From a bacterium (GTDB lineage Bacteria > SAR324 > NAC60-12), in assembly GCA_965233585.1 (NCBI GenBank), contig CBDDTI010000746.1, forward strand, positions 64,001 through 128,000: 64,000 nt of DNA, written 5' to 3'. This document shows positions 49,229 through 59,640 of this stretch, piece by piece (position 1 is the stretch's first letter; each line of letters opens with the position of its first letter). The notes beneath the pieces were generated by a model, which saw only the letters and a list, made by a program, of their open reading frames with translations, had not been told where the DNA came from and ran no database searches. The position numbers were made by a program, and so were the translations under genes.

Positions 49229-51307
49229 TTACTCCACAACTCCTAAACATTCAATCCTCACATCTTGCGAAATTTCGTTATGAGACAAGACTGCTAAATT
49301 TGGCAAAAATCTTTCAATCAAGTGTTTGATATGAGGTCTAATCAAAGGCGAACAAAGCAGAATAGGATTGTAATTATTCACAGCAAAAAGCTCCATCATT
49401 TCCTCAATTTTGTTAATCAATGCTTGTGAGATTTCAGGTGCTAATCCTAGATAAGTGCCATGTCCTGTGTCTTGAATAGAATGAGCGATCTGGTCTTCAA
49501 TTTCTTGGCTTAATGTAATCAAAGGTAGCTGACCGTCAGCCGTTTGATATTGTCTTGTGATAGGTCTTGCCATAGCTTGACGAACATATTCTGTCAGCAA
49601 ATCTGCATCTTTTGTCAAACCGCCATAGTCTGCAAGTGTTTCTAAAATGGTATGTAAATCTCTGATTGAAACACGTTCTCGCAAAAGATTTTGCAAAGTT
49701 TTTTGTACTACACCCAATGAAAGAAGGCTTGGTACAAGCTCTTCTACGACTTTGGGTTCTGTTTTAGCAAAGTTATCAAGCAAATTCTGCACCTCTTGTC
49801 TGCCTAAAAATTCGTGAGCGTGATTTTTCAAAATTTCTGTGACATGTGTTGCTAGCACCGTTGGAAGGTCAACGACCGTATAGCCTGCAAATTGTGCAGT
49901 TTCTTCTTGGTCAGAAGTAATCCACATAGCAGGCAAACCAAAAGCAGGCTCCACTGTGTCAATTCCGGGAATTTCTTCGTCAACCTCTCCTGTCTTCATA
50001 GCAAGATAATGACCAACCATCAATTCACTGCGTCCGACTTCAATGCCTTTAATCGTGATTGAGTATTCACCTGGGGCAAGTTCAAGGTTGTCTTTGATAT
50101 GCAAAGGCGGAACGATGAAGCCAAAGTCAAGAGCCATTTGACGCCTGATTGCCTTCACTCTTTTTAAAATTTCTCCGTCTTGTTCTGCATCAACAAGTGG
50201 AATCAAGCCGTATCCTAGCTCCAACCCAAAAACATCAATAGGGAGCAATCCTGTAATGTCTTCTGGGGCTTCATCTATCTCTTCAAGTTCTTTGCGTTGT
50301 TGCTCTTCGTGTTCTTGGGTTTCATGTTTTGCAACCATTTGTTTGACAAGGTATCCACCGCCACCAGTAAACAATGCCAGCATCAAGAAGGGCATCGTTG
50401 GCATACCCGGTACGATGGCAAAGGCAAACAAAACCAATGCTGCAACAAACAATGCTTGAGGATTACTGAAGACCTGTTTTTGTAGGTCAATAGAAAGTTT
50501 TTGGTCTGCTGATGCTTTAGTCACAGCAATACCTGCGGCAACTGAAATGATCAAAGATGGAATTTGTGAGACAAGACCATCGCCAATGGTCAACAGAGAA
50601 TAAGTATTGAAGGCATCGCCTGCACTCATCTGATATTGAGTCATGCCAACAATCAATCCGCCAATGATATTGATAGCACTGATAATCAAACCTGCAATGG
50701 CATCACCTCTTACAAATTTACTTGCTCCGTCCATCGCTCCGTAAAAATCGGATTCTCGTTGGACTAATGTGCGTCTTTCTTTTGCCGCCTGTTCATCAAT
50801 CAAACCTGCATTCAAGTCTGCATCAATCGCCATTTGTTTACCGGGCATGGCATCAAGGGTGAAACGTGCAGCGACTTCTGCAATCCTTCCAGCACCTTTG
50901 GTAATCACGACAAAATTAATCAGCACCAAAATCAAAAACAGAATAATCCCAACAATCTGGTTTCCTCCGATGACAAATTCCCCGAATGCTTTGATGACCT
51001 CACCTGCCGCATTGACGCCTTTGTTACCATTGAGCAAGATCAAACGGGTAGAGGCAACGTTTAAAGAAAGTCTAAAAAGAGTGGAGATGAGAAGGACAGT
51101 AGGAAATGATGAAAAATCAAGAGCTTTTTCAGTGAACAACGAAACAAATAGAATGAGGACACCAAGAGTGACACTAATGGCTAGTAAGAGATCAAGCAAA
51201 AATTCAGGCAACGGCATGACCATCACCATTAATATTGCCATCACACCACCAGCTAGTAGTAAATCAGTATTCCTTGCTAACTTTCCTGCACCGATTGCTT
51301 CTGCCAC
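49229..51307 (-). CDS. flhA: Flagellar export protein FlhA
   Basis: RIAEVAARFTLDAMPGKQMAIDADL, FYGAMDGASKFVRGD. Confidence 0.98.
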   Translation of the reverse strand: MAEAIGAGKLARNTDLLLAGGVMAILMVMVMPLPEFLLDLLLAISVTLGVLILFVSLFTEKALDFSSFPTVLLISTLFRLSLNVASTRLILLNGNKGVNAAGEVIKAFGEFVIGGNQIVGIILFLILVLINFVVITKGAGRIAEVAARFTLDAMPGKQMAIDADLNAGLIDEQAAKERRTLVQRESDFYGAMDGASKFVRGDAIAGLIISAINIIGGLIVGMTQYQMSAGDAFNTYSLLTIGDGLVSQIPSLIISVAAGIAVTKASADQKLSIDLQKQVFSNPQALFVAALVLFAFAIVPGMPTMPFLMLALFTGGGGYLVKQMVAKHETQEHEEQQRKELEEIDEAPEDITGLLPIDVFGLELGYGLIPLVDAEQDGEILKRVKAIRRQMALDFGFIVPPLHIKDNLELAPGEYSITIKGIEVGRSELMVGHYLAMKTGEVDEEIPGIDTVEPAFGLPAMWITSDQEETAQFAGYTVVDLPTVLATHVTEILKNHAHEFLGRQEVQNLLDNFAKTEPKVVEELVPSLLSLGVVQKTLQNLLRERVSIRDLHTILETLADYGGLTKDADLLTEYVRQAMARPITRQYQTADGQLPLITLSQEIEDQIAHSIQDTGHGTYLGLAPEISQALINKIEEMMELFAVNNYNPILLCSPLIRPHIKHLIERFLPNLAVLSHNEISQDVRIECLGVVE

Positions 51308-51419
51308 AGATTAATCTTTTAAAAAGTGTCTCATGTCTAAGTTCAGCCCAACAAGAATTTTTCAAACCCATTTTGTTATGATTCGTTTGAGCGATGTCTA
51401 TAAAATCGTGATTAAAACT

Positions 51420-51440
51420 ATACAAATTATACGCCAAATC
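51420..51440 (-). promoter_or_regulatory. Sigma-54-like -24/-12 element upstream of flhA
   Basis: GATTTGGCGTATAATTTGTAT. Confidence 0.6.
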
Positions 51441-51504
51441 CAAAAATTAGCTATGCTGACTCTTGTCAATCTTGATGATGGTTTTTCAATATAAAAAAAT
51501 TGAC

Positions 51505-52941
51505 TTATTCTCTGGAATCCCATTGTTGTTGAAATGTTTTTAGGAAAGGCAAGATTTTGCATTGGTGGCAACCTGATTCAAAGTTTTGGCAGTATTGATG
51601 ATGAAGATGTAAAAGTCCTTGTTGAGTGCATGAAGAATTAGATTTTGGCAAAGACGCAGGAGCCAGTCGTTTTGCCATAAATCTTGTGATATTGTTAGAT
51701 GGCTCATGGTTGAGAGTTGAAAAAATGGTTTCAAGCAAGGTTTCTAATTGCTTCCATTGATGATGCTTGGCATATGCCAGAAAAAAAGGAATGATTGCGT
51801 TGTTCCAGATGACGTTTTGCTGTGATTTTCCAAGCAGTTGGGACTTGTTTGCTGTGGCTTTTTCTGTATTGAAATGCGAGTTCCAAACCTCCCAATTTGG
51901 AGTTTTAAAAAGAGTATTGCAGTCTTTTTGAATGGTCTTGATGAGCCGTTTAGAATCTGTGATTTGACTCCATTTTAACAAAAATTTTAGCCAGCCTTTC
52001 AACAAGCCTGTTTCTCCCCATTGATGCAAATGATGAAAAACTCCAACCAACCGCCTTTGTGGTGAATTGTATGGTCGGGAAGCTCCTGTAAAGGGGAGGG
52101 CGATGTCAGGTTTTTTGGTCAGGGTCTTCCAAATTTGCAAGCATCGCATTTGTTCTCTCCTGACGGAAGCATCTTTTGCCAAATGCAAATCTTCAAGCAA
52201 ATGACATGCTCCAAACCAGCGAGCTAATATTTGCATGCGTCCTTCGCGAAACGAACTGGACAAGTCTTTTTGTATGTCAGCAAGCGGGAAACAGTGGGCT
52301 AATTGCTCAAAAGCAAGAGCATATTTGGTTTGTCCGCACGCTCGCAAAAGAAGGCGATAAAGGATTTCATCAGGAGGTTGTTCATGCCAAGTTTCAAGTA
52401 TCTTTTCAGCTTTTTGAAGCATACGCAACTTGCCAGCATGGTTGAGGCATGCGAGGAGCAAATCAGGAGACCATTTGGAAACTTCAACACCACAAAGTCC
52501 GGGAAGCTGGTCATAATTTTGAAGCCACAATTCGGGGTCATCTAAAAGCCATAAACTTTGCTCTTGCAGTCTGTCTTTCAGCTCCAGCTCTAAAAGAACG
52601 TTGCCGTCTTGCCTACAAGGGCGGTGTTGGTCTGCTTTCAAAACGACATGCAAAATCACGCTGTTATATTTCAAATCGTGTTGATGTTGGTGTGTATTCC
52701 ATAAGCTAGAGTGCAAATGAATTTCTACGTCTCCTTGCATCTCTTTGTCTCCGATCCATAGGCGGGCATTTGTAAAGTCTGCACCTGCCCCCTGATTCTT
52801 CCAACCTTGAAAAATGATCTTGAGAGGCACGCCTGTTGTTGTCATCAGATTGTCTTCAGAAAATGCTTTGACTGACCAAATCGCTTGTAGCCATGACTCA
52901 CGAGCCTTCTCTACTTCATGGGTTAAAAATTGATGTGTCAT
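51505..52941 (-). CDS. DUF2851 family protein
   Basis: G..N...GADF.NA, GDVEIH..SS.W..HQH..D..YN.VILHVV, C-terminal C...C..C. Confidence 0.85.
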   Translation of the reverse strand: MTHQFLTHEVEKARESWLQAIWSVKAFSEDNLMTTTGVPLKIIFQGWKNQGAGADFTNARLWIGDKEMQGDVEIHLHSSLWNTHQHQHDLKYNSVILHVVLKADQHRPCRQDGNVLLELELKDRLQEQSLWLLDDPELWLQNYDQLPGLCGVEVSKWSPDLLLACLNHAGKLRMLQKAEKILETWHEQPPDEILYRLLLRACGQTKYALAFEQLAHCFPLADIQKDLSSSFREGRMQILARWFGACHLLEDLHLAKDASVRREQMRCLQIWKTLTKKPDIALPFTGASRPYNSPQRRLVGVFHHLHQWGETGLLKGWLKFLLKWSQITDSKRLIKTIQKDCNTLFKTPNWEVWNSHFNTEKATANKSQLLGKSQQNVIWNNAIIPFFLAYAKHHQWKQLETLLETIFSTLNHEPSNNITRFMAKRLAPASLPKSNSSCTQQGLLHLHHQYCQNFESGCHQCKILPFLKTFQQQWDSRE

Positions 52942-53038
52942 TTTTCATGTGATTTTGAGTGCCAACTGTCTCTAGTACGTGTTAAGATAAACCTTGTTTG
53001 TATTTAATTTTCAATAATCTACCCAACAAAATCAAGCC

Positions 53039-54172
53039 ATGCGTCAATGTTTAGTCTGTTCTCATCTCAATTCATCTTTAACCGTTTATTGTTCGGATTG
53101 TGGCAATCAGCTACCAGCCAAGCATCTTGACCTTTTTGATGCAGTCAAATCCTTTGTTTTAAGCAGTATTTTAACAACGGGACTCTATGTTTTTGTGCTT
53201 CCTCAACCAAGTTTTTTGCCCTTTCAAGATGTGTTAGGAAGCATTGTTTCACAAATTATTGTGTTTTTTTCGCTTTGGGCTTTGTTTTTAGTGGGTTTTA
53301 GATGGTGGCAGTATCGCTTTCAGATAAAAAAACTCAAAGCATTCTACCATGTAGAAATCATTAAACTGTTTTCTGATGGTATTGACCCCTTGAATAGCTT
53401 TGAGAAACTTGAAAAAGTCACCAAATTTTTTCATGTAGGTCACAAAACGAATCTTGCCAACAGTGTCGTTTATCAAAAGTTGAGAAGGATTTTTAGCCAT
53501 CTTCGTAACATACCCAAAAAGGAGCAAATTCATCAAATTTTAGATTATCAATCCAATGTGAATTTTAATCGTGTGGAAAATAGCTATGTGTTGCTCAACA
53601 CACTGATTTGGGCGATTCCAATTCTCGGCTTTATCGGAACAGTTTTGGGAGTGGGTGATGCGATAGGAGAGTTTTCTATTTTCTTGCAAACGGTGGATTC
53701 TTCACAAATCAATACGCAAATCCGTTCTGCCCTTGGAGGTGTGACCAATGGGCTTTCAACGGCATTTCATACTACATTTTTAGGGTTGCTTTTTGCAATT
53801 CCCTTGATGATGTTCAGTTCCATGATTCGCCGTTCTGAAGAAGAATTGCTTTTGCAAGTAGAGGATTATTGTCTGGAACATGTGATTCCATATTTACAAG
53901 TCCATGAAACTTCTGCCAATTTTCAATCAGTTGATGAAGAATTGGCAAAGATTTGTCATTTTTCAACACGTTGGCAAGAAGAGTTAGAAAAATGTTTTGA
54001 GGGTGTGAAACATTATAGCGAGAGTCTGCAAAATCAAGTGAAGGGGCTACAACCTATTTTGAAAGAGTTCAGTGAGGAGGTTTGCCAGAACAAAGATTCT
54101 GACCATCTTCTACATGGTCTGCCTCCAGAAAACCATGCTACCCCTAACGTTGTAGAGAAAGAGGCAAATTAA
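53039..54172 (+). CDS. MotA/TolQ/ExbB proton-channel family protein with N-terminal zinc ribbon
   Basis: CLVC...YCSDCG; WAIPILGFIGTVLG, GLSTAFHTT. Confidence 0.85.
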   Translation: MRQCLVCSHLNSSLTVYCSDCGNQLPAKHLDLFDAVKSFVLSSILTTGLYVFVLPQPSFLPFQDVLGSIVSQIIVFFSLWALFLVGFRWWQYRFQIKKLKAFYHVEIIKLFSDGIDPLNSFEKLEKVTKFFHVGHKTNLANSVVYQKLRRIFSHLRNIPKKEQIHQILDYQSNVNFNRVENSYVLLNTLIWAIPILGFIGTVLGVGDAIGEFSIFLQTVDSSQINTQIRSALGGVTNGLSTAFHTTFLGLLFAIPLMMFSSMIRRSEEELLLQVEDYCLEHVIPYLQVHETSANFQSVDEELAKICHFSTRWQEELEKCFEGVKHYSESLQNQVKGLQPILKEFSEEVCQNKDSDHLLHGLPPENHATPNVVEKEAN

Positions 54173-54887
54173 ATTCAAGGGTGTCTAAGTATTCTTCACC
54201 CGTTTCTGATGTAATTCCCATCATCAAACGAATAGCAAGAGGCAAACAAGGTTCACTGCCAGCAGAAGGAGTAGGGGAACATTTTTGCTCTGCAGAATCC
54301 CATTCGTCTAGCCACACCTCTTGAATTTGACCCGTTTCTACATCAACAATATTTTGTGATAAAAATTGAAGTTGAAAAAGAGAAATGCGTTTGGAAAGTG
54401 TTTGAAATTTGCCTCCTTCTGTCATATCAGAGTCAATATAAAAATCTTCTCTTCGCTGAAAAATCCATTCGTTTTTTAATGGATCGCGAACAAGCCAGTA
54501 GCCTACTTCGTGCAATTCAGGGTCTTTCTTTAATTCTGTTGCTTCGTTAAAAAATCGGGTTTCTCCTGCTGTGTGAAAATGAATGGCACTGGCAGGCTGA
54601 CTTTCTGGACCGTCAAATCTCTTTGAGATGATGCCTGTCTGGTATTGTTCTTCTTTACTGTTGAGTATGACGAAGTTGGTCAGATATTGCACACGTTGTA
54701 AATCATCTAGCACAATTTGTCCCAATAATCTTAACTCTTGTCTGGCTTCCAGTATTTTCAAAACTCTTTCAGACCCATCAGAAAACTGGAAAACTGCACG
54801 GTAAATCAACATAGAAATAAACGACAACAATGCAATGGAAGCAAGCAACTCTAGTAGTGTGAAGCCTGATTTACTTGGGACGGACAT
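54144..54887 (-). CDS. gspJ: Type II secretion minor pseudopilin (GspJ-like)
   Basis: Prepilin motif GFTLLELL; W...WDS, LPLAIR; gene order. Confidence 0.75.
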   Translation of the reverse strand: MSVPSKSGFTLLELLASIALLSFISMLIYRAVFQFSDGSERVLKILEARQELRLLGQIVLDDLQRVQYLTNFVILNSKEEQYQTGIISKRFDGPESQPASAIHFHTAGETRFFNEATELKKDPELHEVGYWLVRDPLKNEWIFQRREDFYIDSDMTEGGKFQTLSKRISLFQLQFLSQNIVDVETGQIQEVWLDEWDSAEQKCSPTPSAGSEPCLPLAIRLMMGITSETGEEYLDTLEFNLPLSLQR

Positions 54888-55245
54888 AAATTTGTGCCTC
54901 GTATGCTTGTTGCCTTGCCCCTTCTTGCCATTCTATACGAAGCAAGACCTTTCGGATAATGACACCCGGAAATGGAGCAACGTCTTGAATCCGTCTTGTC
55001 CAAGAGCTTCCAAAAAGGTCATGATCTGGCTGAAATTTACCTTGTGCCACCGATACAGGGACAGACTCTGCTCGCTCCCAACGCATCAGTTCATTATGGG
55101 TGTATTGCATGGCTAGCCAAAGTCTTTTAGATGAAGACACTGCTTGAATTGAACCTGAAAAGAGCTGATAGGTTGCAATGAGGGTAAAAGTGAGAATGGT
55201 TAAAGCCGCCAACGTTTCTAAAAGCGTAAATGCTCTAATTTTCAT
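54871..55245 (-). CDS. gspI: Type II secretion minor pseudopilin (GspI-like)
   Basis: AFTLLETLAAL prepilin motif; gene order. Confidence 0.7.
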   Translation of the reverse strand: MKIRAFTLLETLAALTILTFTLIATYQLFSGSIQAVSSSKRLWLAMQYTHNELMRWERAESVPVSVAQGKFQPDHDLFGSSWTRRIQDVAPFPGVIIRKVLLRIEWQEGARQQAYEAQIYVRPK

Positions 55246-55759
55246 GGGTGATGTCTCTGATTGCAACTTTGCCTAAAATTCCTTCGGAGTAGATATTCCA
55301 AAGGGTTTCATCTTCCTCAAACATCAATACAAATGGGGACACAAATCCAGAATTGTCAATTTTAACCACCATCTCTTTGGCGTCTTTTTCAGTTGTAAAT
55401 TGTAACAATGCTTTAGCTCGTATGGCTTCTTGCTGATTGAGAAAGGTGTTACGAAGGACAAAAGACTCAGGAAAAGAATAGGGACGAAGGATATTTGGGG
55501 AGTTTACCTGCTCTTTGTCTCCTTCTTTGGGCAAAACAAATACCGTGTAGTTTTGTTCTTTAGGACTGAAGATGATTTGATAATGCTGTCTGCCCAAAAT
55601 GGCTTCATTTCGTAGTAAATTGATGACTTGCGAAATGCGGCGAGATTGAGTCTGTGCTTGGTCTTCCAGAGTTTGAAAAATTCTTGGCGTTGCCACTGTC
55701 CCAATCGCGACAAGTAAAACAACGACAACAAGAATTTCTATGAGTGTAATGCCCCGCAC
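55235..55759 (-). CDS. gspH: Type II secretion minor pseudopilin (GspH-like)
   Basis: GITLIEILVVV prepilin motif; follows gspG. Confidence 0.7.
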   Translation of the reverse strand: MRGITLIEILVVVVLLVAIGTVATPRIFQTLEDQAQTQSRRISQVINLLRNEAILGRQHYQIIFSPKEQNYTVFVLPKEGDKEQVNSPNILRPYSFPESFVLRNTFLNQQEAIRAKALLQFTTEKDAKEMVVKIDNSGFVSPFVLMFEEDETLWNIYSEGILGKVAIRDITHEN

Positions 55760-55808
55760 ATGAAAGGAGATGATGGAAGGTGTTTAGAATAAACTTTGAA
55801 TATCAGAT

Positions 55809-56264
55809 TTACAGGTCTTTAGAGTTAATATCTGTTGCTGTTTCAGCCCCACCTTCTTCCCCGTCAGAACCATAAGAGATGATTTCATATTGTTTGCCAC
55901 CACTACGATAGATGAAGTCATTGTCCCAGCCATCCTTGGGTAACTGCCCATTGATATAAGGACCACTCCAGCTGTTTGGAATTTTTCCAACTTCAGGCTT
56001 TGTGATTAAAGCATCTAGTCCTTGTTCTGTTTGAGGATAGGATTGATTACTTAACCTATACAAATCAAGGGCTGTTTGCAACCCGCGTATATTGGTGATG
56101 GTTGTGTCCACTCTGGCTTGGTCTAGCTGTCCAAAAACTGTCACCCCTACCAACCCAGCAACAAGACCAATGATGATGATCACCACCATAATTTCAATAA
56201 GACTAAAAGCGTTTCTTATTTTGAATTTTTGAGAGTGTCCGCTTTGAGAACGTTTGATAAGCAT
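55809..56264 (-). CDS. gspG: Type II secretion major pseudopilin GspG
   Basis: FSLIEIMVVIIIIG, YPQTEQGLDAL, W.GPY...PKDGW, SYGSDG.EGG. Confidence 0.93.
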   Translation of the reverse strand: MLIKRSQSGHSQKFKIRNAFSLIEIMVVIIIIGLVAGLVGVTVFGQLDQARVDTTITNIRGLQTALDLYRLSNQSYPQTEQGLDALITKPEVGKIPNSWSGPYINGQLPKDGWDNDFIYRSGGKQYEIISYGSDGEEGGAETATDINSKDL

Positions 56265-56332
56265 TTTTTCCTTTTTTGAATAAAAACAGATAGAAACAAA
56301 GAGAAAGATTATACCTCAATTTTTGAATGAAA

Positions 56333-57055
56333 TCAATTTGACAGGCTTTTTTTTATTTTTTGCGAGTAAACATTTTGTGCCAGTTGATAGGTTTGAGGCG
56401 TGCCAATGTCAATATGAATGTCAGTGTTGTGCCAAGCATGGATTTTTCCGAGAAAATTGGGAATGACCTCTGTGCTGAAATCAATGATTGGTTTGTTCAA
56501 AGATTGCAAAAACTCTATGACTTCATGTTCAAAAATATAAACCGCTCCATTAGCAAGATTGCTAGGTGGATTTGCAATTTTTTCATGAAATTGCTGGACT
56601 ATATTTTGATGATCTAACTCAACAATTCCACATGTTTCAGGAGTGGGTGTAGCAAAGGTCATCATAGTTAAAACAGTATGTTGAGGGCGGTTTTGGTGTG
56701 CTTGAAGGAAGTTTTGAAAGTGGCATAAACAAAAATTATCGGCATGAATGAGTAATCCTGCTTGTCCTGCAAAAAAATTTTGATTGGTTAACAGTGTGCC
56801 TCCTGTGCCTAACAGGTTTTTCTCGTGAACTAGCTGGACGTATTTTTGAAATGGACTTTGTTGAATATGCCTTTCAACTTGCTCCGAAAAATAATGCGTA
56901 TTGATGAGAATGTCTTGAACACCAGCAGTGATGAGTTGCTGCAACCAAAAATCAAGAAGTCGTTGATTGCCAATAGGAACAAGACATTTAGGGATTTTTT
57001 CAGTGAGGGGACGCAATCGTTTTCCAAGACCAGCTGCAAGTAAAAGAGCCTTCAT
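56333..57055 (-). CDS. Sugar-phosphate nucleotidyltransferase
   Basis: LLAAGLGKRLRPLT..IPKCL, LLGTGG, DIGTP. Confidence 0.9.
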   Translation of the reverse strand: MKALLLAAGLGKRLRPLTEKIPKCLVPIGNQRLLDFWLQQLITAGVQDILINTHYFSEQVERHIQQSPFQKYVQLVHEKNLLGTGGTLLTNQNFFAGQAGLLIHADNFCLCHFQNFLQAHQNRPQHTVLTMMTFATPTPETCGIVELDHQNIVQQFHEKIANPPSNLANGAVYIFEHEVIEFLQSLNKPIIDFSTEVIPNFLGKIHAWHNTDIHIDIGTPQTYQLAQNVYSQKIKKSLSN

Positions 57056-57058
57056 CTG

Positions 57059-58474
57059 TCACGCCAGTTGTGCCAAAACCTCTGATTTTTTCAGCGGGAC
57101 ATTTCCTAATCTGCTCACTTGACATGCTGCAGCAATCGCCGCTAAATAAGCGGCTTCCCAAATCGTTCCACCAGCGGCAAGGCTTAAACTTGCAAGAGCA
57201 AGCAAGCAATCTCCTGCACCTGCACAATCCTTTGCAGCTGGATTGAGTGCAGGCATGTCATCAGTTGTTTCTTCCGTCTGAACCAACATGCCCTCGTGTC
57301 CCATTGTGATGAAAATGTGTTGAGCTTTCGTTTTTTGTCTTAATTTTTCAGCCATGACAACCAGACCATCAGTTTGGTTATGCAGAGCAAGACGTGCTTC
57401 TCTTTCTGTTGGAGTGAGCAAAGTGGTATTAGAAAAGCGGGAAACATCACCAATTTGTGACGAAGATTGACTGTCAGCCGTCATCATAATCTTGTTTTGA
57501 AGGCAATAACCAGTGATGCGACTGACAAGAGTTTGAGGCAAAGTTCCATAATTGAAATCAGAAAAAATGACTAAATCTAGTTGTTTAGCAATGTCAATGA
57601 ATTTGTCAAATATCTGGTCTTGAAGCTCTTGACTAATGGCATGTTGTTTTAGTCGGTTGACACGCAACAATGTCTTTTGGTCAGTACGATAGCGAGTCTT
57701 TAAAGTGGTCGGTCTTGAAATATCGGGCAAAAGGTTTGGGGAGACTTGATACTCAACAAGTTGCTGATTCGCAAACTCTGATATTTCATTGGTAGCACCT
57801 GATACAGAAAAAAAGTGAACTTCATTCGCTCCTAGCGATTTCACATGCGCTGCCAAAATTCCAGCACCACCTAAAAAACGTTTAGTATCAGTTGGAGAAA
57901 CAACAATGGTGGGGTCTTCTTGGGACATGCCTAGTGCATCACAAGTGATATAGTCGTCAATGATTAAATCTCCCAAAACACACACGTTGATTTTTCCAAA
58001 AGATTCAATCTGCTGTTTTAAAGTGGTTGTTTTAATGTCCCTACGATTGAGGAAAGAACGGGGTTGAATCAAGTTTGTGAAGGTAGAAAGAGCAATTTCT
58101 TCACGAATTAAGCTGAATGAAGAAAAAACAGATTCACCAGAGCTGAAAAGTAGTTTCCCTCCATATGCCCGAAGTATTTCTAATTCAGGATTATATCGGT
58201 CTTCATACTCTTTCCCCTTGACTACAATATCAGGACGTTTCTGTTCAATAATCTGTTCAGGAGGGATTTCAATCAGGAAGGCATCGTGGACAATACTTAA
58301 ATTTTGAATTGCAACAAGTCTTTCCTTTTCAGCAATGTAAGCACTTTCATTCGCCAATTTATCGCTATATACACCGATTGCTAAATGCTCCCCACAGTCT
58401 GCTGCAAATTTCAGTAAACGGATATGTCCGGGGTGCAGAATATTAAAAGTTCCTGAGACAAAAACTGTTGTCAT
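57059..58474 (-). CDS. Bifunctional heptose-type nucleotidyltransferase / PfkB kinase (HldE-like, reversed domain order)
   Basis: N-terminal SGTFNILHPGH; C-terminal GGAG, SDFNYG, TPTEREA, GAGD. Confidence 0.88.
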   Translation of the reverse strand: MTTVFVSGTFNILHPGHIRLLKFAADCGEHLAIGVYSDKLANESAYIAEKERLVAIQNLSIVHDAFLIEIPPEQIIEQKRPDIVVKGKEYEDRYNPELEILRAYGGKLLFSSGESVFSSFSLIREEIALSTFTNLIQPRSFLNRRDIKTTTLKQQIESFGKINVCVLGDLIIDDYITCDALGMSQEDPTIVVSPTDTKRFLGGAGILAAHVKSLGANEVHFFSVSGATNEISEFANQQLVEYQVSPNLLPDISRPTTLKTRYRTDQKTLLRVNRLKQHAISQELQDQIFDKFIDIAKQLDLVIFSDFNYGTLPQTLVSRITGYCLQNKIMMTADSQSSSQIGDVSRFSNTTLLTPTEREARLALHNQTDGLVVMAEKLRQKTKAQHIFITMGHEGMLVQTEETTDDMPALNPAAKDCAGAGDCLLALASLSLAAGGTIWEAAYLAAIAAACQVSRLGNVPLKKSEVLAQLA

Positions 58475-58880
58475 ACCCTGTAAAAATATTGTACTAACTT
58501 ACTTCCCAGAATACAATTTAGAGAGTTCATCTAAATAAGGAGAATCTTCCCAGCAATTTTCTAGGTAGAAGGAAGATATTTTGGCATTATGATCAAATTC
58601 AGCTCCTGATGCCATTTCATCATTCGACGTTCTACTTGATGTGCCTATTAAGGGCTTGTTAGTTAACCTTAATAATTCCAGGGCTTTTTGCTGTAAGGAA
58701 GATAACTTCTGGCAATTTACGTCTTCCATAAATTCTATAACTGCATTTTTTATTTCTAAAGGTGTATTCTCTATGACAATAATATTTTCTATGCCGTCCC
58801 AGCCATAATTAACCCAATCTTTCTTGAAGGATGTTAAAACCTCTTTAAAAGGAATAATTTTATTTCTTTTTTTACAAAAC

Positions 58881-59640
58881 GGCATTGTTAAGTAATAAGT
58901 GATAGCTGATTATTCCGTTTTGCCATGAACAAAAGAACAGAATATTGTAATGCTTTAAGAGACTTGCTGTAACATTTGGTTTTCCTTCTCATTCTTGCCA
59001 AGAAATGTCTCAAGAGAGAATTATACCCTTCTATCGTGTATGTTTCTGCCTTGGAACATGTATGAATTTCTTTGGGAATGACTTGTTTGTAAGCCTTGCA
59101 GTGATCAGTCATCACCTGAAGAGGTTTTGTTTCCTTGACCTTGTCCCATAAATGCCTACAGGCTTTTGAGTCTCTGTTTCCAAGCACATAATTGATAAAT
59201 TGCTTCCCACATCTATCAACAGCAATCCAGAGCCAGCAGTAGTTTTTTTTGACTGGATGTAGGTGTGCATTTCATCAATTTCCATAATTTCAATGTCTGT
59301 GTCCTTTCTTAATGCCTTGAGCTGTTCGCCAAAACTACAGACCCAATTATAAACTGAAACATGAGAACAATTCAGCAAACGACCGATTGACCTGAAACCA
59401 AGACCCTCCAAATACAACTCTAATGCTCTTCTTTTGATCTGTGGTGAGATTTGACCACGATAGGACTTGGTATATTGATAGTTGCAGGCATTGCAACGCC
59501 TCCTCGGTTTACCATATAAAAAACCATTCTTAACCATCTTCTCACTTTCACATCTAGGACACGACTTCATTGCTACACCATGACTATCAATTCAATTAAA
59601 TGAACTTAATATCGCATATCACTTATAGTTTAACAATACC
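58881..59640 (-). mobile_element. IS1-family insertion sequence (760 bp)
   Basis: Imperfect IRs GGCATTGTTAAGTAATAAGTGATA / GGTATTGTTAAACTATAAGTGATA; flanks TACAAAAC/TACAAAAG. Confidence 0.93.
58888..59570 (-). CDS. IS1 transposase (InsA/InsB, -1 frameshift at A8C)
   Basis: CPRC...C..C zinc finger, HTH, EIDEMH; AAAAAAAAC at ~59242-59250; VMTDH, TYTIEGYNSLLRHFLAR..RKTKCYSKS. Confidence 0.92.
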
